Below are positions 52,728 through 64,000 of a DNA stretch of 64,000 bases, piece by piece (position 1 is the first letter of the stretch; every line of letters starts with the position of its first letter). The translations under genes and the position numbers were made by a program. The notes under the pieces were generated by a model that did not search any database, was not told where the DNA came from, and was given only the letters and a program-made list of their open reading frames with translations. The DNA is from Lama glama (Eukaryota): assembly GCA_028534125.1 (NCBI GenBank), contig CM052816.1, positions 56,732,001 through 56,796,000 on the forward strand, read 5' to 3'.

Positions 52728-54291
52728 GTTTAAAGGATGGGGTAAAAAGTATAAAATCTATGTTCACTAAATGTTTGTGAAATTCATGCAAAAAGAAAGT
52801 TTGTATCACTTATTCAAATACATCGAATCCAAGTCATGCACAAAACTCCATTTCCTTTGCTTAAGTTCTTATGTGAAGTTACCATGTAACTCTGAAGGAA
52901 CTAATTAGACATTAGAAGATTATATGCTGAAAAACAGTTTTAATTTCTCAGAAACAAACAGTGCCCCTTAGGGGTTAATATGCTCCCAAGAGTTAACCCC
53001 AGTGAGAAGTCCCCTCTGGGCACTTGCAGGGTAGGTGCGTCTTCCTCAGATCAGCAGAAATCTTTTGGCAGACAAATCTCGAGAACCTGGATGAAGTCCA
53101 GCTCTCTTACTGAAAGTTGGCTTCAAAATTCTAGACACCTTTAACTTCATTCTTTATTCTGGTTTTTTGTATACAATTTTAAATATTATGAAGAAAAAAC
53201 AGACTATTTACCACTGAATCTCCTTTCCAATATCTGATTCCATCACTTCTTCCCTATACTTTAACCACACATATTCTTCAGCAGAATCTCATACTGTGAA
53301 GAATAAATTCTGTTGGATTTCTTGCCCATGTCTGAAGTAACAGGCTATGTTTCATAAAAACGACTTCCAAATTAGGCACTCTAAAAGTTAAAGCAAATTG
53401 TCCCAATAAATTACTAGAGCTCAGACTGCCTGGCAATGAAAGCTAACCAGATCTTAACTGCCCTCAAGTCCCTTCCAAGGGATTAACCACTGGGTCCTCA
53501 GCAAGCCCAAATTCACATAAACACCCTGACACCGCAGTCAAGCCCGAAACCCAAGGATTCAATCCTCCGTGTGGGCAATTCCTTCTTTAAATGTCTGTAC
53601 ACACAGGTATGTTGAAGTGTTTCAACAAGAGAAAAGGGGGCAAAATCCGTAAGTGGAATTTTGCCCTCACATAAAAAAATTTACAAATACTATTTCCAGA
53701 ATATATTTCATATTTTTCACTTGTTTCATGTTTTATAAGTTAGTTGTCATTTCCTTAAGACTTTATACTTGTTTGAAATTTATAATCATTTGATTTAACA
53801 ACATAGAATCTTTAAGGATAGGAGCTATGGAATTATTCACTGAGCTGGTTTATTCGGAGTTGAGGATCCTATTTTAGAGAATGAAAAATTTAGAGTTCAG
53901 AGAACTGCTATTTTTCTCCTCTCCCTCAGTTACATTTCGGAAATTAAGCTGGTTTGTGAGATAAAAGGAAGAGGAGATTCAGAATACACCACAGCGAGGT
54001 TGGTACTCACGTCAAACGTCTGGCTTCCTTGTAGTGCCCCTATGACCTGGTGTAAACCACCACCCACTCCCTTCACCCCAATCTGTGTGCCTCTGAGTCC
54101 AGTAAATGAATGTGACAGCAAATTAGTCACTTGATTCCTTCCTAATGTTTAAAAAGAATCTTTAAAGGTTCAGTCATCTCATTTAGGTTCAAGTAGTGAG
54201 GAAACTTTTTCAATAATTTTTTTTGTTTTTACCTTTCCCACAGATCTACAATGCTAATGAAAGGGATAATCATTAAAAGTCTGCAAACCTA

Positions 54292-54529
54292 TACCAAAGG
54301 GGAAAGGTGGGGGAAGGGATAAACTCAGAGTTTGGGATTAGCAGATACAAACTATTATACATAAAATAGATAAACAAAGTTCTGTATAGCACAGAGAGCT
54401 ATATTCAATCGCTTGTAATAACCTATAATGAACAAGAATATATATGTATATATGTGTAACAGAATCACTAAGCTGCACACCAGAAACTAACACAACATTG
54501 TAAATCAACTATACTTCAATTGAAAAAAA
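54292..54529 (+). mobile_element. 5'-truncated L1 3' end (cetartiodactyl-type 3' UTR)
   Basis: tttgggattagcagatacaaacta...gtaaatcaactatacttcaat plus poly(A); 17-bp TSD aaaagtctgcaaaccta at 54275-54291 and 54530-54546. Confidence 0.88.
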
Positions 54530-54682
54530 AAAAGTCTGCAAACCTAACACAAATGGCCTTCCATTAATTGCTTCTGTAATCAAATGAGATAAAAGTAGAC
54601 CCACACTTCCCCAGTTCAAAAATAGTGAAAACCCACCAAGTCAGGAGTGATTTCAGCAGAGCAGAGCTCCAGTAAGGAACTC

Positions 54683-54835
54683 TCAGGGTTCTCAACCTGC
54701 ACCTGAGAATCGCTAGAAACAGAGCCTCTCCTCCAAGCCAATTAAGTCAGACTTTTCTGGGGGCGGGACCAGGGCTTCTGTATTGTTTGTTAAAGCTCCA
54801 AGGTAATTCCAGTGGGCAGGCAGAGTTCAGATAAC
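54683..54835. mobile_element. hAT-Charlie fossil (MER5-like)
   Basis: ggttctcaacct...ccaattaagtcaga...aaagctccaaggtaattc. Confidence 0.5.
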
Positions 54836-54968
54836 AGTGGTGCTTGGATTAATTGGCAACTCTGAACCTTAACTCACTTTCATTCTGCTTTTTGTTTTTA
54901 AGCACATATCTGTCAGCAAAAAATAGGCAGAACGTTAGACCAGACAGCTTCCTAGACTTGGGACTTAC

Positions 54969-54973
54969 TAAAG

Positions 54974-55006
<33 letters not shown>

Positions 55007-55020
55007 CAAAAAAAAAAAAC
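54969..55020 (+). repeat. (AAAAC)n / A-rich repeat
   Basis: Visible AAAAG/AAAAC units ending in poly(A). Confidence 0.85.
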
Positions 55021-58000
55021 ACCAACTATGTTAAATTATAAAAAAAAGACAAATAATATGAAGACTTTACACCTCCAGTGAAGCTTTAGTTCCTTCACAT
55101 TTCCCAGTCTGTGGTATCAGATTAACTTAAAAATCCCAAAGTTCTCTTTTAACTATGGGATAAAAGTCTGACAATAAATATTCCAGTTGTCTAATTTAAA
55201 GAAAAATGCTTTATTCACATTCTACAAGGAGAATTTTATCCAAACAATGAAAGCACAAAGAGAAAAGGCAGAACACTCGTGATAAGAGAGCCATATTCAG
55301 CCTAAACACTCAGCAGAACTCGAGTAAGTCAGCAATGTCTTCTACCAAAAGCAATTTTTAAAACCTCAACTGCAATAAGAAATTTTCATTGAAGTGAACA
55401 AAAAGGATAAAATTTGAATCAGAATTTTTATAAATAACTTTGAATTCCCAACGGTCTTCTTGGTATATTTTTCCAGCCCTAGCCCATTTATTTCAAAACC
55501 ATCACTGGTAAGCTTTGGTTTGTGGTGAAGAAAAGACCCACCCCTCACCCCTGTAAAAAAAGAAAAGAAAAGAAAAAAGAAAGAAAGAGAAAAGAGAAGA
55601 AAATGGAATCCACAAGAAGCTTCTGTAGCCTGGGGCATAAAGAGAGACCTGCCAGAGATCAGGCTTGAAAACTTATTTTTCAGAAGGGTAAGAGCTCTGC
55701 TAAGGTTACCCCCCTCCCTTTTTTTCCTTCTTTCACGTTTCATGTAACAGTTTCGGGATCTCGACATAGATACACAGGTATTACTAAATAAGAAAAGCCA
55801 AAAGAGGGCCGGCTTCCAAGGACACGGGGTCCTAAACCATAAGAGTCCACATTTGAGATCTTGCTTGTGAAAATGAAGTTTTGAGATGTTTCTCAACAAC
55901 TTAAAATTGCTGTTTTATAAGGTTTTATCGCTCAGTAGCATCGATTCCATTTCCAAATTTTAGTTAATATAAGAAGAAAAGACTAACCCCATCAGCCCTG
56001 CTTACTGGTGGTTTGCCAAACTAGCACTATTGAGCGCACTGTCTCCACCCAGCCACCCAGCTCACCACCTAAATCCACGGGCCTGGACTCTCCCAGACAC
56101 ACCCCAGGTGGACAGCCTGGATAAAGAGTTCGCACCACACGTCACATTCTATTCTGGAGGGACTGTTCTTTGGATCTTCCAATCACTTCTTTCCAGTTTC
56201 CCTTTGGTGACGTTTTCCTGAGCTTCCTGCGTGGGGCCTTTGTTTCTTCTGTCTTGTCTGTGTCGGCCGAGGAGGCCCTCTGGAACACCTGACTTCCCAC
56301 TGTCGGTTTCTGTTTCTGCTTCCTTCCCTTCCTGATTGGTCTGGGTGGGTCTTCTGGTATCAAGTCAGGTTTCCTCCCACATCCAGCTGTCTCCCTAGGA
56401 CCCACCTGACCAGCCCCAGCACCCACTGAGAGGTTTCCTCTCATTACATACCAGTAATAAACAGTCAACAGCAACGAAGTGATCCAAAGTATTAAAGAAT
56501 AACTGTGATCTGAGTCCTAGCAGGTTCTGGCAGTCGGGCCCTCTGTAAAATCAAATGCATAGTACAAAGAGGAGGGTTTGGGGTTTCTTCCTGGCTGACA
56601 AACACTTGCAGAGAGACTCAACAACATTCCCTTTCTTCTTACAAGAGTAATCCATATTTTTGGTAGAAAAAGGTACAGCGTCATTTTAAGCTACCTTTTA
56701 AAATGGAGCTTACTTACGACGTATCAAGTCAAATGAATAAAGCAGGACACAAAATTCTACTGTTGACGTGATCACAACTATGCAAAAAATGGATGCACAG
56801 GGAACTACTGGTGATAAAGGCACCAAAATTTAACAGCAGCCGCTTTGGGGGCAGCAGAACCATAGGGATGCTTTTCCACTCTTTCTACAATTTCTCTACT
56901 GTGAGCATTTATAACTTCCATAATTATGAAAAAGAAAACTTATTTCTTCCAAAAGGCGTATTCAGCACAATAACATGTTTATGTCGTGATAACATGAGTA
57001 TCACTCACTCCCCGCCAGCCAAACAGCAGTGGTGACGCTGCTTCACGCCCGGAGCTTTGCGGTACCAGGACTTCCCAGACAAGGAGGACGATGCCAGCTA
57101 ATCCCATCACCACTCCCCTAGTGTTTCTGCCTCCCTGCCTCCTTCCCCCACCGGAAAGTTAAAACATGCTCACAGAGTTCTTGTTGTAACTTGTCAGTTT
57201 TACCAGTCCTTCACTATTTTCCATCCAAACAGTCATACAATCCACTGCTTTAGCCCAGTAAAGTTCAAAGAATCTTCAGTCCCAATGCAGACCATGGCTG
57301 ATAAATCAGTGCAGGAAAATTCGATTCAGTATGAGTGTCACTGATGCTGGGCTGTTACATATGACCTCACTCACACTTGAATATCACTTGCGGAGAGAGC
57401 AGGGGTGTCACCATCCAGGAGCTTCTGTCATCCACCCGTGACACTGGCACCTTGTTTCACAGTCTCCAAGCATGAACTTAAACTTTTAACTGGAAATCTT
57501 AATTTTGAACCAGGCATGTGGCTTTAATTTTTCAGATTCAACCTTTTCAAAGTAGAGTCTGCAAGACCACAGCTAATCAGGTGGTTTCCAGTTTTGCTGA
57601 TTCAGTGACGGTTTCTGCACCTTTGTCTGCAGCTGGGATCCCAGCAGGGCAGCCGACGCCCGCGCTCCCCACAGCAGTCCCCACAAGCTTCCACATTTCC
57701 TGCCAGACGCTGGCACCCTTCTCCTTGGCACAGCGTTCACTGCTGCCCACTGTGGAGCTTCTATTTCTTCACCATACGTAGTCCCACATCCTTGAGCCAA
57801 ATAGACCCTTTCTTCCTTTTAATTTCCATACTGACCCATTTCACCGACCTTCTCTTCTTCCCTTTGCTTTTCCCTCTCCCCTATTCTACCCGCCCAGCTG
57901 GGGAGAAGGAGCAGACTCCTCACTGCAATAGCAACAGAATCCAATCCCAGCCTTTCAACTGGGATCTTCCCCTTTGAGACAAAGGCCAGGCCTTACAGGA

Positions 58001-60449
58001 TCCACAGAGGGCTGGGCCAGCCCTCCTGGACTCACCATGAAGATAACCTTACTACCACTGCCCGGTGCTGAGGTGGGACAGGGCACTGGCTCGGATGCCC
58101 TTACCAGCTGTTACCCACAGGTGACGTCATTCCTCTAATTGGCGGTCGTCATCGGTGTATAAACTAACGGTGAGTATGATCTCGATGCACTGTTGGGCCA
58201 ACGACAGCAATACAAAGGAATCTGGCTCTGGTTCTTCCCTGTCCAGTGCAACAAGTAAAACTGAAAGGCAGCTCCTCAGGCACACATCACATACACAACA
58301 GACCTCTGTGGCTACCGGCTACGTCTGAACGGTGCAGACACAGAGCCCGTCCGTCGTCACAGAAAGCTCTGCGGGCACACTGCTGGCATCGTTTATGAGA
58401 TCCTGCTCGACTCACGTCACGCCATTTTGAGTAATACAAGTGAGCAAAGGCATGCACCTCAGCCCCACGCTTACCAGCACTTCCCTAGAGGCTGAGCAGA
58501 ACGTAAGCACACAAAGGAACAAAACAGTTTGGAAGTGGCCACAGGGAAAAGCTGTTTCCGGCTCCAGATGCCCGCCTACCATCTGCCTTTGCTGCTCACA
58601 GCTTCCTGCCCCCTTCTCTGTCTCAGAAGGTGCTTTTAAAATCTATTATTTTCTTTGCTAAGATCAGGTCAGTTTTTTTAATTCAAAAAGTTGAAATGAA
58701 CAAAAAATCTAATGTTAGCACAAGGGACAATCACTCACGGATCTTCCCACAAATCACTGGGTTAACGTCATACACACTTGTCTCTCTCAAATTTTTCATC
58801 ACCACCCTCCTCAGACACACCGATGTTACTGACAACACTCAGGCTGCTACAATTTCCAAAACGTGGGCCTTCTGACCCAGCAAGGATACCAGTTTGAGAA
58901 TGGAGCAAGTTTTTAAAGCCTAAAATTAAAATCATCCTGCTATTTAATGCTTTTAACAGCCAACACTCCTCCCCCATCAGCAATTTGCCTTGGTAAACAT
59001 TCTTCAAAGTACACAATGCAGTCTGTAGATGAGACATCCTGTCTGCGTGAGCAGCAGCTCCGCTCCCGGAGCGTCAATGGCCCACGGCAGTCGTCCAAAC
59101 GGACACGTCTGCTTTCATTTCTCCTTCCTCTTCCCCTCTTCCAGAAGTAAATTATTACTCTTACCTTCCATAGCAGAAATACGAAAGGCATGCATAATGC
59201 CTGGTACGGCCTAGCTTCTGTTCCAATTTCAGCAGTAGCTCACACAGGAGATCCAGGAACCACCTCTGGCTTGTGGCCAAACTGCCAGCAGCACAGCCAG
59301 CCGACACTGAGGGCGCTTCCTCCTGGCCCAGCTTTATTCTCATGGGTTCCCACCTGCTGCAGCTGTTGTGCTGTGTGCCTGCCAGGAGTGCCAACAACGC
59401 CCCTGGGGGAGCCCTCTGTGTCTCTAGGCTCGGGAGGCCCACCCACCTCCGCTGCTAAACTCCCCGGGGCCTTGTCTTGGTTTTCCCCAATTTCACATCA
59501 GCCCAAGCCCTTGGCCCTGCCTCAGCCACCACCAGCCCCTGCAGCTCCAAGGCCTGCTCTGCCCACGCGCTTTCCAGGGGTGTGAGCTGCCTGAGGAAAC
59601 TGATGGGGAAATCTGATTATCTGCTTCCCACGTATCAGCCCCAGAGGTCTTCCCAGACCATCCAGCTGCCCAGATAAGGCATCTGCTCACAGCCCAGCCT
59701 GTGTATGTCCTCAGAGCCCACAGCTTCACCAGGCTCCAAGTCAGAGGTAAGTCTGGAGCCCTGATCAGCCCTGAAGAACTGGAAAATGCCCAGGGAGGTT
59801 TGGGGAGGGGCCCTGAGCTCGGGGACTGGTAAGTTAGGACGCCTACGAGCAGACGAGAATCCCTGGGTCAGTGGAAGGGAATACCGTCCCCTCGCCCGGG
59901 GGCTCCTGGTTCCTCTAAAAGGACACCCACATCAGGCTCATGCCCCAAGACAAGCACCTGGTCTCTTCCTGAGGTCGGGGGTAGGATCACATAGGCTCAG
60001 CCCCCTGGGGTCCCCACTGGGTATCAAAATTGGGACTGTGGCAGGCTTCGGGATGCTGAGGCCGAGCAGGATGAAGTTAGCGGCCTCCATCACTTCACGT
60101 GAGACTGAAGCTGGTAGCACCTGCTCGTTAGGAATACCAAGGTACCCTACAACAAGCCCCAGGCCAGCATGACTCAGAGCACAACTGCCCAGCAAAAGCT
60201 GGGATTGCTTTCTTTATTGTGAGTTGTTCTGCTTTGTTTTGTTTAGATTGTAAATGGACACACAACCCCTGAAGTCACAGTATTATCATTGACGCTGCAA
60301 AGAAAATTTACCTCTGTGGGTTTCAAAAAGTAGACAAGGCTCCCAAGAAGGAAGATTTTATTTTTAAAGTATCTTTTCGTCTTGCCCTCTGTATCCTGGG
60401 TCTGCACTACCCCTGCATGAGGGCAGGGAAGAGATGTTTTGGAACATAC

Positions 60450-60510
60450 CTGCATCTAGGCTGTCCTGGTCCTCACACCCATCCGGTCGAGTCTCCAGGC
60501 TTCTCACACA
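60450..60510 (-). CDS. ARHGEF28: ARHGEF28 coding exon (~exon 9), 61 nt, CVRSLETRPDGCEDQDSLDA
   Basis: tctttcccag|TGTGTG...GATGCAG|gtatgt; resembles recalled human RVKSLVVQHNEHEDQHSLDL; phase 0 to 1, continues the preceding exon. Confidence 0.82.
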
Positions 60511-61095
60511 CTGGGAAAGATAAAGCCAGGTGGGTTGCTTGAAAGTGACTTGTCATACTAATGTTGGTTGATTTTTGTAAATAAAAAAACTGCCTCAGAA
60601 AATATCAATAAAGACATGTCAGATGTAGCACCACATGTAAACAGAAAACTTATCTTGTATTTAAATATTAAGACCTAGAAATAAGGGAAGGATCTGTCCC
60701 AAGCTGAAACACACCTAAAAGCGGTCCACAGGATGTTTTGTATTCAGAGACCATCTCCCAGGTTTAGTCCTGCCATCCCATGGCTGGCACACATCTGTGG
60801 ATGTCATCTTCAAGCACAAATTTTTGGAAAATGTATTCAATCATCTTGCATACACCACTACAACCCAGAAAGACAGCTATGTTTGCTCATAGAGTAGAGA
60901 TGGAAAATTCAATACAGGAAACTGAATTTCAAGTCATTCTGACTCTGACTTGGGGCATATCCCCAAGGTTTTTTATGTTCTCTTTTTTTTTTTTTTCCTA
61001 TGGGGTTTTTCCTCCCCTGTATTTATTACCACTAGGTCTTCACTGCCACTTCAGTTCTGGAGAGAAACACAAGAGAACGGGCAGGGGATCATTAC

Positions 61096-61148
61096 CTTTC
61101 CATCCTGCTTTCCAGGTGACGATCTGCTGAACACCAAATTCTTAATCT
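61096..61148 (-). CDS. ARHGEF28: ARHGEF28 coding exon (~exon 8), 53 nt, (E)IKNLVFSRSSPGKQDGK
   Basis: ttccttttgcag|AGATT...GGAAAG|gtaat; resembles recalled human EIKNSVSSRSAAEKEDIK; phase 1 to 0. Confidence 0.82.
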
Positions 61149-63924
61149 CTGCAAAAGGAATAATTCTCATCAGGATCTGCTGATAGGAACTGCCGTTAAA
61201 AAAAAAAAACAGGAAAAAAAGAAAAGAATCTAGATGACAAAGATAAATGAATTGCTCAGAGCTGTCTGTACGGAGCTAGGTTCTTAGATTAGGCTTCTTA
61301 AAAATCAACTCTCCGCAGAGCAGAGTATCTCAGAACCTCACAGCCCACGCTCTGGTATCATTTGTGTGGACGAAGATGTAAACAAGCCCAGGAGCTCTCA
61401 CAGGAAATCCTGAGGAAGAAAGCGATCATTAAGTAAACAACTGCCTTTGATTCACTAGGAAGGCTATGCCCGGACCGAAGCCTCATCAATAGCACAGATT
61501 CTAAGGACGTGACTCGCACCCACCTGAGGAAATCCCACACGTCTACTTCCTCGAATACTGCAGATTTCATATGTGCCAAAAAAGCGTAATTCATTCCAGA
61601 CAAGGTCTGGCATTTCCTCGCACAGGCACCATTGTGAGCCGAGAACATGAGGTGGCCCTTGGGCTCAGACCTCAGACGGCGCCCAGCTCTGCACTAACAA
61701 GCCCCAGGCACGCCAGGGACCGTCTCTCTGAATAAAGGCCTTCCTGGAAACATCAGTGGTCATGATGTTCTGGGATGAACAGGAAGGCCCAATTAAGGGG
61801 TATTTTTCTTTGTTTTGATTGATTGGTTCTCTTCCCAAGTACTCAGTTGCCGGTAAATAAGAGCCACTGTTGTTGAAATAACCACCGAAAACAGGTTTGG
61901 GCGGAGGAAAGCAGAAGTGCTGGGCACTCCTAACAAGGGCAATCAGATGGAGACCTTGGCCCTGAATGTGTGTTAACATTCCACACTGTGGGCCCAGGCC
62001 CTCCTCCAGACCCCTCAGCTTCCCTGCCCCCACGGCCCTGCTGGATGCCAGCTCTGGGGAGCGCCCCCAGTCTTCCCAGCAGGTGCATTGATTAGACATT
62101 CCCTACTCCACTGGGCTACTCCTATTAATTTAAGTCACCTGAGGCCTCAAACCTCCAAGAGCATTCATTCAAGCTCTTCTTACTCCCTGGCAACATGGTG
62201 GGAGTTTTCAACCATGTTAGTGCTTAGAAAATGTGTAAGGTTTCCATTCAGGTGGCTTTCCTGATGATGAATAAGGCAAGAATGGAGCAGAGAAGTCAAC
62301 ATACACGAAGTCACAATGTGTTTTCCTAAATCTGCAGAACACTAACTTTGCATTTGCCACGCAAGTTAATATCTGCCCTCCACAACATTGCTCTTGAATT
62401 CATAATGCACACTAGCTTCTATGATGAAAATCCAAAGGGTAACAGACTCAATCTCCTGTGACCTCAGCAGGGAATAAATAAGGACAAGGCTGCAGCTGAC
62501 ACTCAGCCTGAGCAGCTTTTGTTCCCCCGCATCCCCCGCCTGCCTTTACATGCACACCCCATGCAAGGCCTCCAGGTGGCAGCAGAGTCCCATCTGCAGA
62601 ACAACATGGCCAGTGCCAGGAATGTCAAAATGGGCCAGCTTCACCCTTCAAGAGCCTGTTGTTTAAGCACCAAAGTCCAAAACACCAGGTTAAGAGAACG
62701 CTTTCATCCAACTGCACAGATGCAAAAAACATGTGAAGCATCTACTGTGGTGGTCACCATACAGGAGCATGGTGGGGTTTCTGTTTTGAAATGCACATAT
62801 CCAAGCCCTACCTGGGTGAGTGAAGATGACACCACCACCATGTTTACAAAAGGAAGGTAACTAGAACCAACATTTCAACAGACACGTCTGCATAGACAGC
62901 AAGAGAGTCACACATATATGTACCACCTGTCACAGGCTTTTCAGACCATATACTCCTAAATGATAATTCTGCATTTCTAAAGAATTCTGTACCTACAGCA
63001 CTGATTCAAGAGAATAGTACACACTTTATCCAAGATTGCTGATGAAGAAGGCTCTACCGTCAGGTAACCCAGCCCGCAGCAGCAAAGGCTGTGCTCACCT
63101 GGTGGTATGCTCACAGCCCCCCCCTGCGGGAAGTTCGGATTCCAGGTTCCCGCCTCTCTCAAAAGGCTAGCTTTCATATGTCACCAGCCTACAGTTTCCA
63201 TACAGTCTCATGCAATTGTGTTTCCTATTCAAACAAATATTACAAACTATGTTAAAAGAGATGCCTTCATAGAATGTGTACTTCATCATTTTAAAAACTT
63301 TCAAAGTTATAAAACCTTTATCTTAACATCACTGAAAATATCTGTGACAGGATAATGTATCTTTCATTGATCTAGGATGACACAGAGCTGTATCCGGAGC
63401 TTTTGAAGAAAACGGCACTCCTTCCAAGGGAGGTTAATGAGACTGCTCCGAGGGAGTTTCTGCAGAATTACTAGGATCCTTTTACACTTACTCACAGAAC
63501 CACCAGTTGTACAGGGCAATCAAATCACTCGTTGCTATAGGAACCTTCAGCAGATAATGGTATCAGTAACTCCAAGCTATTCTGTTTTAAAGGCCTGTTA
63601 ATCTTGCCTTCAAGGCCCACCCAGAAGTAAAGATTATCCTCTCCTAAATCAGACCTTCCAAACTTCAGAAACATGTTTTTTCATTGCCAAGTTATAATAG
63701 AACAAGAAATAATCCCTAATATTCATGTTCACCAGTAACCCTGCACCAGTAAACAGGGTTTTTGAAACAGGGTGAAGTAGCTGTAAAATTAATACCAGTG
63801 TCTTATTAAGAAATGGATTAGCCTAATGGATCTCAACTCTGTGCCCAAGTCAGACTGTCTCCTTTTGAGAAATGGGACCACAGAAGCTAGACATCAGCAA
63901 AGAAAAAGCTTGTATCAAAAATAC

Positions 63925-64000
63925 ACGATGCTTTCTCTGAAGAAGAAATCCCAATGGCCAGCAAGCATGGGAAAAGATGCTCAACATCACTAATTGTTAG
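63925..64000 (+). mobile_element. L1 ORF2 3' fragment, runs off window
   Basis: aagaagaaatcccaatggccagcaagcatgggaaaagatgctcaacatcactaatt. Confidence 0.7.

Larger units (their letters stand above)
10297..61148 (-). other. ARHGEF28: ARHGEF28 (Rho guanine nucleotide exchange factor 28 / RGNEF) gene body, partial: span of visible coding exons
   Basis: Colinear minus-strand exons translate to recognisable ARHGEF28 peptides ([76 protein letters not shown]) with matching splice phases. Confidence 0.97.

Noticed and set aside
59730..59752. Plus-strand agtcagaggtaag resembling the end and donor of the 39-nt exon at 16231
   Set aside because: Match too short, opposite strand, no further similarity
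59938..60195. ORF containing NFILLGLS, resembling an olfactory receptor N-terminus
   Set aside because: No transmembrane helices or other receptor motifs follow; chance match
1..64000. A novel multi-gene system, CRISPR array, tRNA/rRNA gene or nested protein-coding gene
   Set aside because: The sequence is explained by one host gene plus common repeats; tRNA-like boxes belong to SINEs; the remaining short ORFs lack recognisable homology

Overview
Mammalian genomic DNA, most likely a camelid (alpaca/llama/camel-type tRNA-derived SINEs). The whole window lies inside ARHGEF28 (RGNEF/p190RhoGEF, Lbc-family RhoGEF), transcribed on the minus strand. I can read 15 canonical coding exons with splice sites and consistent phases: by recalled human numbering these are exons 8, 9, 18-25 and 31-35, covering the DH domain, the start of the PH domain and the C-terminal coiled coil. 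There is also an alternative start exon in intron 9 encoding MDSDSDSPFNYSWPSFPKMKIRRRASKQ. Two 500-N scaffold gaps (21455-21954 and 37218-37717) sit exactly where about exons 26-30 and 10-17 are missing. The first exons and the terminal exon lie outside the window. Introns hold ordinary repeats (L1, L2, MIR, MaLR LTR, hAT/Tigger fossils, SINEs, microsatellites). I find no support for a novel multi-gene system. The best leads are isoform-level: the internal start exon with an overlapping uORF, an intronic stop/poly(A) short isoform, a GC-AG intron and a shifted acceptor. Human comparisons and repeat family names are from memory and need checking.
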